Positions 37,145-50,409 of a stretch of DNA of 62,984 nt are shown here, piece after piece. The stretch is from Carcharhinus longimanus (Eukaryota): assembly GCA_030264375.1 (NCBI GenBank), contig JASCQW010000061.1, positions 60,977,406-61,040,389 on the forward strand, written 5' to 3'. Positions within the stretch are counted from its first letter, which is position 1, and the number at the start of each line of letters is the position of its first letter. Position numbers and translations under genes: made by a program. The notes below the pieces were generated by a model. The model was not told the DNA's origin. It worked only from the letters and a program-made list of their open reading frames with translations, and did not search any database.

Positions 37145-37400
37145 GTTGGATCATAACAGGTTTGAGGTTCTTGCTTCCAGTCTGGAAGAGGACGAGGCAG
37201 GTGAGGTTGGTGAGCAAACTGCACACGGNNNNNNNNNNNNNNNNNNNNNNNNNNNNNNNNNNNNNNNNNNNNNNNNNNNNNNNNNNNNNNNNNNNNNNNN
37301 NNNNNNNNNNNNNNNNNNNNNNNNNNNNGAATGGCGGGGCAGGCTCGAAGGGCTAGATGGCCTACTCCTGCTCCTATTTCTTATGTTCTTATGTTCTTAT
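37145..37400 (+). mobile_element. Young, probably near-full-length CR1 collapsed into a 100-N gap
   Basis: ORF1-type peptide HNRFEVLASSLEEDE before the gap, and the young family tail after it. Confidence 0.7.
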
Positions 37401-38451
37401 TTGCTTTCTATTAAGATGAGCTCAAGTAATGTAAAATGTATTCTGTCACTTGGTACGTTTCAACATCAGATAGCTGCATTTCAATGTTATAAACAGATCT
37501 GTCTCAATGCAAACTCTATTCAAATAAACAAAAAGGCACTTTCTCAATTCTGTCATGCTATTAAAGTGCCATCTGGCGTCAGCAGTTTATTCCTTACTTG
37601 TCTGCTTTAACAAGAGTTTCATTTGATTTACCTCTGAACTTTTTCATTTAGCATCATTGTAGCAGTCTTATTTCAATATTTATTCAAAACCTCATCACTT
37701 AGAATTTGTGAGATTCCTGAATTTTTTCAAGAACAATTTACAACCTTATTTCAACGTAATAGCCTAAATTGTTATTATGCTGTCATCATCTGAGAAGCAT
37801 TTTGTTCTCTTGTTCTATAAAATCTTGGCGTTGATCATGTTTAAAATTATTTGTGGGGTTTTATTGCACAGCCCTCAAGGATCTCAAGCTATGATCCAGG
37901 CAGTAATATTAATACCAGAAAAGTTTGTGCCCTCTAGTTTGCAGATTACTCAGATCCGCATATGAATAGGGCTGACAAGTGGCTAGATACATCTCTGGTG
38001 CTTCAAAATCTGGATCACTCGACATGAGGGTGTGGTGAAAGGTCTCTCTCCTCAGAATAAATGCTTCTGTGCTATTATTCATTGAAGGTCCAGAGAACTT
38101 CCCTGGCCTTGATTTCCCCAATGAGATTCCTTTGCCTCTTTTTGGAGGCTGGTAGTAGGATTCATCTAACACAGCATACCACTCTGCAAACTGGATTCAG
38201 CAAGGGCCAAAGAATCAGGAATCTTCAGTGTAGCAAGTCCCTGCTCTGTCTGCATCAATGGCTTTGTCTGGGGCAGCTAATAGCCCCAGCTCTAAAGTTT
38301 CCTGAAAACCCCTGATTAAAATTGCGATCTGATTGGATTCTGTCAGAGTTGCATTGGGGTAACAACTGATGGTGACTGAATCAATTCAGTCCCACATTCA
38401 TTTTTGTGCTGCATTTGACAAGACTGAATTTAAGTAAACTATCAAGCTAAA

Positions 38452-38715
38452 AGCCTCCTCAGTGACTCAGTTAGGAAATGTACTGTCCATGGTAAAACAG
38501 AACCATAGTAATAAAAGGTTACCCAATTGTACTAATCTCAGTTGGGGCACTAAACTGGGGATTCAGGTACCTTAGCCTACTTGGCTATTAGATTAAAACA
38601 TGATAAAACAAGCTGCCATTACTAATGACTATTGACTGAGGGACTATAGAGTGGCCAATATCCAGGGAACTATATCTCAGTTTCAATCAGGAGAGGAAGA
38701 CAGAAAAATTCAGGG
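38452..38715 (+). mobile_element. Old SINE-like fragment
   Basis: tRNA-like start cagtgactcagttagg and end ccagggaactatatctcag..caggagaggaagacagaaaaattc. Confidence 0.4.
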
Positions 38716-39309
38716 AAGCTAAAACAATGAAAGAAAGATCAAGCCACAAGCTCCACTTATACCTTAAATCAATGTATTGAGTGGGAGAACATGAACTCCT
38801 CCCATTCTTTACACATAGATGATCTGATAAGCTGCATGAATCAGATTTAAAGTGACAAGGAAAAACTCAAGAAGAATATATTCTAACAATGAGCTGAGAA
38901 TGAAAAGAAAACAATGAACTGTTCATGGAATGAATGCATTAATGGTCACATTGGAAAACGATGTATCAATAGTTAAACAAGAACTAATTGATTAACACGT
39001 TTAATAGTTAACATGAAAAAGAAATTATATTGATGTTAGAAAGTGTTAAAGATTTCTGCTTTTCTTTTTTTTAAGGATGTTGTATTCACAGAATTTTTTT
39101 GGAACTTGAATTGAATTTTACATTGAATTTATAATATATCACTGGTTGTCTCCATATTACTGTAGCAGTAGTTTTGGGAAGTACAAATCTTATCGCCAAG
39201 CAGTTGGAAAGCAAATGAAAGAGAAAGGTGCTAATGTCAATAAAGGTCTAGGAATATGCATTTTGCTCTTATCCTTTGGCCAGTGAGAATATAAAAAATG
39301 AAACTGATA

Positions 39310-39478
39310 CACATAGAAACATAAACAGAGGAGCAGGAGAAGACTATTCGACCCTTTGAACCTGCTCCACCATTCAGTATAATGATGGCTGATCACCCAA
39401 CTCGATAGCCTGATCCTGCCTTCCCCCTGTATCCTTTGATCCCTTTCGAGTCAAGAGCTTTAACTAACTCTTTCTTGG
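39310..39478 (-). mobile_element. CR1 3' tail
   Basis: acatagaaacataaac..aggagcaggag..cctgctccaccattca..ttccccctgtatcctttgatccc. Confidence 0.8.
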
Positions 39479-41524
39479 TAACGTGCTCAGTGGAGTTCTC
39501 CCAAAATAATTCTAAAATTCTGATGGGGGGTAGGCGAGGAGAGAGTGAGGGACAGTCAGTCAGGTCATGCATTGCGGGCCTCTCAATCCCTCCAGCAGCC
39601 CCTGTCCCCATGTGCCTGAATCCTGGCAATCTGACACCGATCCCATGCTTCACTTCAGCTGGCTGCCGACCATTACCGTCACCTCAGTGGCCACGGGCAC
39701 TGTCCCCTCATGGTCATCAATGGCGTTCCACACGGCTGCACCCTCTCCTCACATGATCCGACACAAAGCTTTCTACACCCCCAGTGTGGTTGCATGCTCG
39801 CTCGAGTGATACGCAGAGCTGCCCCCACCCCCGATTCGTCTGCCCAGCTTTGCATTGGTCTCTTTTGAGAACCCATATGAAATCCAGTGCCAAGGTTGTG
39901 TTGAGAAAGGCAGACACTGGCTGACAGGGTTCAGCCTAAGTGGTCTCATGAAAAGAATAGTTTAACTTTGGGGACTCCAAAGATAGCAGCTGTCAAAATC
40001 TTCAACAACCTTTCACTAAGCTCTATAGCCAGACAGAGGTTGATATATTTTTGGGTACTAAGTGAATTGATAGATCAGCAAAGATCTTACAGAATGGCAG
40101 ATTGGCCTCAAAGGACCAAATCGTCATTCCTCCTCTTATTCTTTACGCTCTTTACTTTAAGGATGTTTGTCAGTTCAGTTTGAAAACAGGTCTGACAGGG
40201 AGAACACCCTTCACTGGATCGTTTAGGACATTACAAGAATATCAGATCCTGCAAAGATTGTAGCTGGGACATCTCCTAATTGATTAGCCCAGTTCTTTGT
40301 ACTACTGTGAGCATTTGTTATTCAATGAAGGTGGCAAAGCTCAAGGAAAAGGCTCAGAAATGTGGGAACAGAACTACTTGAAGATGTTGTATCCGTTGAA
40401 AGGTGCTTTGTGAAAAGCCTTGAAGCTAACAGAAGACTGAAGGGCAGAACATTGTTGCAAAGATGCTTGGTCACCAGGTTAGGGAAAACACAGATCATTT
40501 ATTCACAGGTTAAAAATATACAGAGGGTTGCAGCCTCATGGCTGCAATCAGCTCCTGAGATGGCTCAGAGTCCAGAGCCCATGCTTACCAGGGTGACCCC
40601 TCCACCCTGCACCCCGACTAGGGTGATCTCCCGCCCTGCACCCTTAATGGTTCCCCAGTTGATATGACCCTTATTCTGCAGATTAATCTTTAAAGGGACA
40701 ATCGCCACACTTGTATTTATAATTTTCATCCTTGAAATTGAATTTGAGAAACTTCTGTTGGTGTGCAATGAGGTGAAGTGGAAGAATGTATGTTTTCTGC
40801 AAGGCAATCAGTCTCCTGGGTATAATACCTGGATACGTAGATTATCCTGAATTTAGTGTTGGATCTGTCATAGCTATTGTGTTTTAAAATCAAATCTTTC
40901 CGAACAATAAGTAGTCATAATGGCTACTGCTGTAACTCTCAAGAAATTGACAGTTAACGCAGCTATGCTAGTCTGAGCAACAACACACAAAAAGCCATGT
41001 ATCTTGTTCAGTCTTGAGTGTATCCCATTAAAGTGTAACTACTTGCACTTCACCTCCAATTGGCGCAATAACAGATTCTGAAAATGCTTCAATCTTTCTT
41101 GGCAGCTGCCTGGAGAAATGTGGCCTTTTATTGAACAAAACCCAACCCCATTAGATTTAGTGGCATTCTATGCTAACCTAATTAGATGTTGCCAATAAAT
41201 TCAATGTCTGAGTACATCCATTTAATTGGACTCTCAATCAGAAGTCCATCAGTCATCAACTCTTTCAAGTTGCTCTACAATCAAGTCAGTGACAAAGGTT
41301 CCTTTTAACAAAGGTAATTTTTGTATGTTGGTTTGTGTCAGCGTTGGATGTGTATAATTTGCCCAAATTCTTGTGACAATGGTTCATAAGGGTGCACTAT
41401 GATGTTTCTTATAACAATTCCCTTCTGTATTCCATTCAGGATCTGAAGAGAGGATTCTTCTCAGATCTCAGATATTCTGGAGGCGGTACATTGAAGCTTG
41501 GCTGAATGTCATGTTAAAAACTTT

Positions 41525-41660
41525 CAGCCGGGTTCTCTGACCCTGCCCACAGTTAGGTTTCTCTGGTCCCATTGCGTTGTGTGGAGATTTGACTGAGCTC
41601 CAAATTCTCCATTTGTATTGGCAGCAGCAGGGTTTAAACAGCCAAAGAATTTCAACCTTT
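41525..41660. mobile_element. Harbinger-type MITE
   Basis: Reverse-complement homolog of 58975-59112, with TIR-like ccgggttctct and agaatttcaacc. Confidence 0.6.
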
Positions 41661-41904
41661 GCATTTGGAGCTGTAGCCTAATAGTATATCGAGAAATTCG
41701 CAAATGTTTCCTTCTTGTACCTCAACTAGCCCTACGTCCAATGACGGTTAAATAAATAGAAGGAATGGTAAAGTGGGCCCATGGATCACAACAACTTACA
41801 TTTACATGGCAGTCATAAGATAACATGAAAACATCGAGGTTCTTTAAAACGAAGACGGGAGAAATATCATGGAGAGCCCAGTTGTGGACTTGCCAACTCT
41901 AAGG

Positions 41905-42040
41905 GCGTTCAGATGGTCAGTGGATAGGCATATGGATAACATTGGAATAGTTTAGGTTAGAGGGTCATTAGATTCATTCCACTGGTCGGCGCGACATTGA
42001 AGGCCAAAGGGCCTGTACTGCGCTGTAATGTTCTATGTTC
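41905..42040 (+). mobile_element. Short young CR1 3' end
   Basis: Near-identical to 46210-46324. Ends gggcctgtactgcgctgtaatgttctatgttc. Confidence 0.85.
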
Positions 42041-42344
42041 ATGAAATAAAAGGGACAGTGAAAGCAAGGATATGAAGTTGGCTAACTAACAGGAAACAGA
42101 GTGTAGGATGAACAGTTGTTTTTCAGACTCGAGGAAGGTATGTAGTGGGGTTCACTGGAGATCAGTATTATTGTGTCTCCAGATGACACAGAACTTAGAA
42201 GTGTTGTGAACTTTGAGGAGAGCAGTGATAGATTTTAAGACTGGTGGAGCAGGCAGACGCATTTCACATAAAATTTAATTTAAAAGTGTGAAATGATACA
42301 TTTTAATAGGAAGAACATGAAGAATCTGGAGGAATGATGATCCA

Positions 42345-42715
42345 TAAGACCATAAAATATAAGAGCAGAATTAGACCATTTGACCCATCAAATTTGCTCC
42401 ACCATTCAATCATGGCTGATAAGTTTCTCAAACTCATTCTCCGCCTTTTCCCACAACCTTTGATCCCCTTTCTGATCAAGAACCTATCTATCTCTGTCTC
42501 AAATATACTCAATGACGTGGTCTCCACAGCCTTCTGTAGCGTGGAATTCCACAGATTCATTACCCTCTGGCTGGAGAAATTCCTCCTCATCTATGTTTTA
42601 AAGGGTCATCCCTTTATTTTGATGTGGAGGCTGTGCCCTCGGATCCAAGTCTCTCCTATTAATGGAAACATCTTCCCCACGTCCACTCTATCCAGGCCTT
42701 TCAGTATTCTGTAAG
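42345..42715 (-). mobile_element. CR1 3' end
   Basis: MRRNFSSQRVMNLWNSTLQKAVETTSLSIFETEIDRFL, with a cataagaccataa tail. Confidence 0.88.
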
Positions 42716-42849
42716 TTTTCAGTGAGATAAAGTGGTGTTGGGCAGTGTCTGCTGCCTGACACATTGAGGCCTATCAATTCTTCTAAAGGATTCTTTGAGA
42801 ATGCAGTCTGGCGAGCCTAACTAAGTAGGCAAAAATTTGACAGATGTAC

Positions 42850-42890
42850 TTCAATGTGGACAAATGTAATTTCAATGTGGACAAATGTAA
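42850..42890 (+). repeat. Tandem duplication, 20 bp x2 (period 21)
   Basis: ttcaatgtggacaaatgtaa at 42850-42869 and 42871-42890. Confidence 0.92.
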
Positions 42891-44134
42891 GGTTATCCAC
42901 ATTGATCTGAAAGACAGAAATCGTACCAAAAAATGGCAGAGCGTTGTTTCCGGTGAGAAAGTTGGCATGTTTCTCTCCAAACAAACAGGCTGGTTTTCTC
43001 TCCAAATCTTATTGCACACTGCCTAAAAGTCAAGGGGCATGTTTCAGGCTGTCGTACAGGGGGCAGGGCCTTAACATGCCATCAAAACCTTGCTGCTCAA
43101 AGATAGGGATACCATCTTTAAAGGGTGTCCATCATAAGCTGTATAAACCTCACCCCAGCTCACCATGGAGGTGTCAGGGGTTCCCCTCCACACCCCCAAT
43201 TGGAGTTGGCTTCTTTTACCTCCACCAGCCCCGATCACTCTCATCTCGCTCCCCCCATCTCCACTGTGATTCCGCACCCACCTCCACTCAACACCCATCC
43301 CCCCAAGTGGCCATTGCCAGTATCCTCAGCTCCTCTGTCTGGTCCTGATACCACCACATTTAAATGAATACCCTCTTCCCCATGAGGCTCCCCCTGCGGC
43401 CCGTGCTTTGGCACAGATTGGTACTGCCAAGTTGACACCTTGCCTGTCAGTGCCAACCTGACAGTGTCAAGAGACAGTGCAGAGGGTATTGTCAGGCCAC
43501 TGACTGACCAAGTCCCTCTCCCCTGGGGTTTATACTTATCTTTCAGCCCCCAGGGAGACCACCACGACAGATTCATGTCAGCGCAGTGTCAATATATGGT
43601 GGTGGTCAATATCTGGCAAGAGGGCGAATAAATAATATTTACATACATTCAGATCAATTCAAAGCAGGTCATGTACTTAATGACACTGCCTGTGAGGGGC
43701 GGGGAAGATCAACTTCCAGACCTTGAGCCTTCACAGGCATTTGCACAGATCACAAACACAGTCTCAGAATTGCCCCTTGTGTATTTCTTAAATGGAGAGA
43801 GGCTGGTAAGTGCTGAACTTCAGTGGGACTGAGTGCCCTTGTTCATGAGTCACTGAAAGCTAATATATAGATACAGTAGCAATTAAGAACATACATGGTA
43901 TGTTGGCCTTTAATACAAGAGGATTTGAGTATAGGAATAAAGATGTCTCACTGTAATTACATAGAGCCTCGGTGCATGCACAGTTCTGCTCTCCTTATGT
44001 AAGGAAAGAAAAACTTGCTATAAAGGGAGTGCAACGGACATTCACCAGATTAATTCCTGAGATGGAGGAATTGTTCTGAGGAAACATTAAATCAAGTGGA
44101 CCTTTATTCTCTGGAATGTAGAAGAACAGAATGT

Positions 44135-44259
44135 GCGCCAGAATTCTACCACCCCACCCACCGTGGAATCATAGCAGCTGAAGGGCGGACAATGAAAACA
44201 TCCGTTGAGCTCGGGCAGGAATTTCCAGTCTTGCTTGAGTGCTGCCGTAAAATCCTACC
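44135..44259. mobile_element. ~125-bp Harbinger-type MITE inside CR1
   Basis: Termini gcgccagaattctac and gtaaaatcctacc. Homolog of 30398-30523. Confidence 0.72.
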
Positions 44260-45719
44260 TATGGTCTCATTCAAATGCACAAAATTGTTATAGGGCCTTG
44301 CAAGGTGCATTCAGGAAGATGTTCTGTGGCTGGAGGGTCTAGAACCAGGGTACACGGTCTTGGAATAAGGAGCAGGCAGGCTATTTAGGACTGGGATAAG
44401 AAGGGATTTTACAGGGTGATGAATTTTTGGAATTCTCTGCCCTGGGGGCTGTGGAGGTTCAGTCATTGAGTAAATTCAAGACTGAAATGTATAGATTTTT
44501 ACATATTAAAAATATCAAGGGGAATGGGGATGGTGCAGGAAAATGATGTTAACGTAGAAGATTAACCATGATTTCATTGAATGGTGGAGGGGACGTGAAT
44601 AGCCTAATGTTCCCCTCCTATTTGTTGCATTCTTTTAAGGTAACAGTGCTCTTCTCAAAGCAAATTTTATCTGTTGTAGCCGTAAAACCGTCTTACTCAA
44701 TGTTATTGTTCTCAGCATGAGAACCTTCGAACAACTTTTAAGACAAAAAATGCTGCCAGTTCATAGCAGGTCTCACAATGCCTGTGGAGATGGAAAAGGA
44801 TAGTTTGTCTGTTTCTATTTATGGGGGCACAAATTAATCCCCAGTTAATGCCCACCACCTGCATACAATTAAACCCTATTAATATACAATTAACAATCCC
44901 TTCTGCTTTTACATTTTGCCTATTTCAACCTTGGTCACTTTGCAATTGTCTCTTCCCAATAGCTATTACATCAAACCTGTTAGTTTCTATTGATTCAACT
45001 AATCTGTTTCAAATGTGTTGTATAATCACTTTAATGAGACCCATGACGTGGATCTCTTAAAATACAAGATCCCAGATTAAGGCAGTATTGGCTTCTCCAA
45101 TCAGGCGTCCCTGCATGTGTACACAATGTGGAGTGTCAGGGTTACTGGCACTCTGGGTTTATACTCTGTATAAAGAAGTACCTGGCTGAGTGTTACTTAT
45201 TATGCAAATACAGCTATATTTGATGTAGGAACGTCAGCCTGCAAGTTCAGATATGAAACCTTTAACTTTGACTTTTCTTGAGGTTTCCCTGATGTCACCT
45301 AAGTCACTCATGCCTGATTCCATATGAAACTCTCTTTCCCTTCCTGATGCACACTGATCGTGTTTACCCAAAATACTGCTGCATTCCAGAGCTTAGACAT
45401 GTCTGCTGCTTTTTAATTTATGCTTTCTTGAACGCTGTCACCCCTCTTATTAGTTTAAAGTACTCTCTACTGCCCTGGTTATTTAGTTTGCCAGGATGAG
45501 TTCCAGCTCAATTTAACTGGGGTGCATCCCAACGGAGAAGCTTTCAGAACATTGTTGAGATTTTTGTGTGTTTCACCTGAAAAGAAACAAAAAAATTCCC
45601 GTTTTATCTGTTAGAGTTTAAATTAATCCTGCCTGGAAAATTCAGAATTATGAGGATACTTTAGCTGGCTATCTTTTGCATGTTGAAGCTGTGTATGGTG
45701 CAGCCTGTGGTTCAGTGGG

Positions 45720-45845
45720 AGTATTGTTGCTTCTGTACATTGCACCAATAACCACCGTTCAAAACTAATTAATTGATTATGAAGCATGTTGTGGATGTTT
45801 TGGAATCATGAAAGGGGCTACATAAATGCAAGGATATTCTTTCTT
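45720..45845 (+). mobile_element. L2-type or DeuSINE 3' tail
   Basis: ttcaaaactaattaattgattatgaagc..atgaaaggggctacataaatgcaagg. Confidence 0.55.
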
Positions 45846-46209
45846 ACCGTAGTCCAATAGTTAAGATAAATTAAAACACTTCTAAATGTGTTGAAATGTT
45901 CCATGGATTCCTTTGTTTGGTTGCAAATGCGTTATGGTACTTGCTCACAATTGAAGCCCCTGGCGTGGTCGGGGACAGAGTCCAGGCAGTGCCCGTGGGA
46001 TGGGGCACTGCCAGTCTGGCTTCCTGACAGTACCCACTGGGCTCTAAGGGTGTAATGCGATGGGGCCTAATGGGACAGCACCTGGGGGAGGGGGAACAGG
46101 GCCAAGGCANNNNNNNNNNNNNNNNNNNNNNNNNNNNNNNNNNNNNNNNNNNNNNNNNNNNNNNNNNNNNNNNNNNNNNNNNNNNNNNNNNNNNNNNNNN
46201 NNNNNNNNN

Positions 46210-46324
46210 GGCATATGGATAACATTGGAATAGTTTAGGTTAGAGGGTCATTAGATTCATTCCACTGGTCGGCGCAACATCGAGGGTCGAAGGGCCTGTA
46301 CTGCGCTGTAATGTTCTATGTTCT
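46210..46324 (+). mobile_element. Young CR1 3' end after a gap
   Basis: Near-identical to 41928-42040. Confidence 0.85.
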
Positions 46325-47289
46325 AGATCAGAGTTGGAAGGCGGGGGTTGACGAGGAATGAAGTGAAACACACAAGGGATGACACCAAAAACAAAATCAG
46401 AAAAGGAGAGCTCTCAGGAGGTAAGGAGGAAAGAATGTAATACAGCTATGGAACTGAACAGATGGTTCCAGTAGGTAGGAGACTGTATAAACATCCTCAC
46501 ATGTGGAGCACAGAGAGCAAGAGATTTGGAGGGTGGTATGAGAAGAATGTAGGATTTTCAGGCAGGAGGAGATAAGCAGGATATGATAAAGCAATAAAAG
46601 GATTTGAAAACAAGGTTGGGAATTTTGGAATGAACATGCTGAAGCGTGCAATGCCAGTGGAGCTTGGAGATTACCCGCCTCTGGATAGAGCCTCACATTC
46701 CTCTCCCAGCCCAAGAGTTAAAATAAGGCTGGGTACAAAAGTGGTGCAACTCAGAGGGCAGGACATTTCCTTTTATTTTAACCTCATGCGGAGCCCATTC
46801 TCTTCAGGTGCAGTCAGATTTCAGTTTGTTTTGATGCAGACAATACATTGCCTGTAGGATAGCATTGAAAAGCATAACATGCTGAGTGTTATTTGCGTCT
46901 TAGTCCCTTTGTCTACTGATGATCTTGTTTACTTGTTTTTGTTTGCTTGATTTACTTTCTACAAAGGAATTCCCTGGTTCCCAGCAGGAATGGAGTTTGC
47001 AGGAAGCACAACACTAATGTTTGGCTAATCTAAGCTGATCTTTGTTGAGGGACCAAAAACTTTGTCCCAAAACAAAAGGAGCAAAGAGCTGTTCATTGGA
47101 ATCGGTGGCACAATATTCATTTATGTCAGGAATACAACACCACTTGCAGCCCCAGCTGCCTGCAATGTCACAGTGGCATTTGTATATGGTTTCCTGGAAT
47201 CTATAAAACTGGGACATACTCCTATAGTTTGTGCAGGATATAAAATGAAGAGTACATTTTTAAATGAATTGCAGTTATATGCAAATAAT

Positions 47290-47471
47290 GATAAGTAGTC
47301 TCACAACACCAGAATAAAGTCCAACAGGTTTATTTGGTAGCACAAGCTTTCGGTGATGAAGGGGCAATGCTCCAAAAGCTTGTGCTAACAAATAAACCTG
47401 TGGGACTTTAACCTGGTGTGGTGAGACTACTTATTGCGCCTACCCCAGTCCAACGCCGGCAACTCCACATC
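47290..47471 (+). mobile_element. Fold-back Penelope-like mini-element with central degenerate hammerhead motif and probable TSD
   Basis: Arms 47291-47353 and 47372-47434 are inverted. The centre reads gTGATGA a ggggc aat gctcc aAAA gc tt gtg. Flanks are atgcaaataat (47279-47289) and atacaaataat (47472-47482). Confidence 0.82.
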
Positions 47472-48019
47472 ATACAAATAATATGCAAATTCATTTTGAC
47501 AAGTGCAATGAGTTTAAAATCAAAAATACTCACTGACTGATGTCCAATTTAAATAATTACTTTGAATATTTTTAGAACTTCAGGGCAGGGAAACACTTAC
47601 AGCTTCCCTGCTTTACCTGTGGTAATATGACCATGCTATGACTTTATTACTGATGAATCATACTGTGTCTGCCAGCTATTAATTCTCCTTACAATCTTAT
47701 ATAACAAGAATATAAATTCATGACCTTGCTGAAGGGCAATTCTCTACAAAATAAGTATTTTTGCATTGTTGCCATCACGCATTTTCTGCAGAAATTGTAT
47801 GCAGTGTTGTCCTAAATAGGGAAAACTCCTCATCACCTGAAAGATTATGGTCTGGATTTTGCAATTTTAATAATGGTGAAGCTGTCAGCATTTGACATCA
47901 TTTCCCTTCTGAAATTGACAGCTGAAAAGTCCGCACAATTGAACATAGAAGTTCAGATGATTCTATGCTTCTCCAGAGGCATTCAAGCTCCAGAATTCAG
48001 AACGTGAGCAGCAGCTGAC

Positions 48020-48630
48020 ATCCCTGAGGTGCATCCGGGAGGCTGAGACTAACATGGATAACTCATTTCTGGAGGTGGTCACAGGTTAAAAGTGAGAAAG
48101 CAAGTGGGAAACTGGCAGATTGTCAGGGAGCAACAGGCAGACAGTGCAGGACTACCCTGTGTGCATCTTGCTCCCTAACTGATGTTTGGTTCTGAATGTT
48201 GGTGAGGATGATTGTTCCTTTGGGGAATATAGCCAGAACCAAGTCCATGGCACCATGGGTGGCTCTGGAAGATTGGGAAAGCAATAGTGATCAGGAATTT
48301 GATACATAAGGGAACAGATACACATTGCAACCACAGATGTCAGTCTAGGATGGTGTGTTGCCCATTGTGAGAGACTCCATGATGCTACTTAGAACAGCAA
48401 AAACGCTTTGGGAGGAAGGGCAAACACCTAGAGGTCATGGTTTATATCAATACCAACAATATCAATTGAAATAGGAATAAGATCTTGCAGAGCTTAGGGA
48501 GCTAGGAAAGAGGTTAATAAGAAAGTCTTCAAGGTAGTAATCTCCAGAATACTCCTAATACAACAAAGATGATAGAGCAGATAAATGCATGGCTGATGAG
48601 ATGGCTTAAGAGGGAAGATTTTAACATGCC
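48020..48630 (+). mobile_element. CR1 ORF1 (esterase-type) remnant
   Basis: AIVIRNLIHKGTDTHCNHRCQSRMVCCP resembles the AIVIGDSIVRGTD..SRMVCCLPG motif. IEQINAWLMRW also present. Confidence 0.75.
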
Positions 48631-48749
48631 TGTGTGAAGGAACTAAGATCTCACACTGTACAATGTATTGTGTATATATATAGGTAGCCTAATGGCTATT
48701 TCTAAAATTTTAAAAACTTGACAAAAACTTCTCAAAATAGCTGAAATTA

Positions 48750-49199
48750 TGGGCCTGATTTTACCATTGCTTTGCGCTCGTTTTCAGGCGTGAAAACTTG
48801 ATAAAGTTAGGCATGAGGTGAGTAGTGTGATCCACGCCCACATCCGTGCAGATTCCCACTTTACCAAGGCCCGAAAATGGTCACAATCGGAACAGTGCCT
48901 GAAATGGGCGCAATGTCAATTTAAATGTATTTGCATGAATTTAAATTGACTTAATAAGCTGTATGCCCAATCTTAACTGCATTTCCCCCTTTACTATCGC
49001 ATTCGCCCATCCAGATTCTGCACAAAACAGATTTGCTTGGCAAAGGTCTGTTTCGGGCACTCCAGCTTCCGAAGAGGTAAGTTCAGAGCTTCCAGCAGCT
49101 CTCTAACTCTGATCAGTGGTAGAGAGAGGGAGGTGAGCCCGATCACTCTCTGGTGGGGAAGGAGGGCGGCGGAAGAGGTGGGTCAGATGTCTCTCTGAT
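48750..49199. mobile_element. Terminus of a Harbinger-type element running into a gap
   Basis: Starts tat gggcctgattttacc, with a CpG-richer subterminal region. Confidence 0.5.
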
Positions 49200-49807
49200 N
49201 NNNNNNNNNNNNNNNNNNNNNNNNNNNNNNNNNNNNNNNNNNNNNNNNNNNNNNNNNNNNNNNNNNNNNNNNNNNNNNNNNNNNNNNNNNNNNNNNNNNN
49301 NNNNNNNNNNNNNNNNNNNNNNNNNNNNNNNNNNNNNNNNNNNNNNNNNNNNNNNNNNNNNNNNNNNNNNNNNNNNNNNNNNNNNNNNNNNNNNNNNNNN
49401 NNNNNNNNNNNNNNNNNNNNNNNNNNNNNNNNNNNNNNNNNNNNNNNNNNNNNNNNNNNNNNNNNNNNNNNNNNNNNNNNNNNNNNNNNNNNNNNNNNNN
49501 NNNNNNNNNNNNNNNNNNNNNNNNNNNNNNNNNNNNNNNNNNNNNNNNNNNNNNNNNNNNNNNNNNNNNNNNNNNNNNNNNNNNNNNNNNNNNNNNNNNN
49601 NNNNNNNNNNNNNNNNNNNNNNNNNNNNNNNNNNNNNNNNNNNNNNNNNNNNCATCTATACTGTTCTACTGGAACTTCATTACCATTGCCAAAAGATTGC
49701 AAGACACATATCTAATCATGTGAAGCTAAAACCACTGAGATAGTGAATTACCCAACATCGGTTTTTAGCCTACTGATCTCTGTGAACAAATACCTCTTTG
49801 GATTTCC

Positions 49808-50030
49808 ATAGGAGAGAATCCCTATAGTGCAGAAGGAGGCCATTCTGCACTGATTCACTGATAGAGCATGTCACACACACAGAACTATTCCTGTAACTAT
49901 ATGTATACTCTAATCCCCCTGACCTACACATCCTTGGACACTAAGGGGCAATTTAGCATGGCCAGTCTTCCTAACCTGCACATCTTTGGACCGTGGGAGG
50001 AAACTGGAAGACGTAGAGGAAACATATGCA
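49808..50030 (-). mobile_element. HE1-type SINE, 3' part
   Basis: gaatccctatagtgcagaaggaggcc..ggacactaaggggcaatttagcatggcc..catctttggaccgtgggaggaaactgg. Confidence 0.82.
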
Positions 50031-50409
50031 GTCACTTCAATTCAGGACTCTGGAACCAATGTGAAACAATAATTCTTTTCCCTGGGTCATGCCCCACAAA
50101 TCTCTCTTTTCTCTATCCCTCTTTTATTCTACAATTGAAAAGGGAGCAATATTGTGACTGCCCCTTCCACTTTTGAGTGGGTGCAAAATAAACTAACCCT
50201 TTGAGTTCATCCTATCTTGAGTTTACTGTAGTGTTATTAATAGAAATTGGATTACATTAAACTTAGGGATTGGGAAATACACCATAGCTTACAAAGGAGG
50301 AAGCAAAGAAAAGCACCTTTCTGTTTATGCATGCGTGGTGAGAAGATAAATCAATGTGGTTTAAATTAACCACACTTACTCCAGCTCCTGTCAGTAACAC
50401 CTGAGACAG

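Larger units (their letters stand above)
42041..44630 (+). mobile_element. Old CR1 ORF2 and 3' end carrying nested insertions
   Basis: CR1 pieces at 42041-42320, 42810-42930 and 43785-44630 are separated by a minus-strand CR1 3' end (42345-42715), a GC-rich Harbinger-like element (~42935-43775) and a MITE (44135-44259). Confidence 0.7.

Noticed and set aside
37909-38172. 87-aa minus-strand ORF in unique sequence
   Set aside because: No domain or splice support, and the length is within chance expectation.
2705-49743. Long ORFs in the track (e.g. 11636-12583, 49103-49702, 2705-3259)
   Set aside because: They are open only because they run through N gaps.
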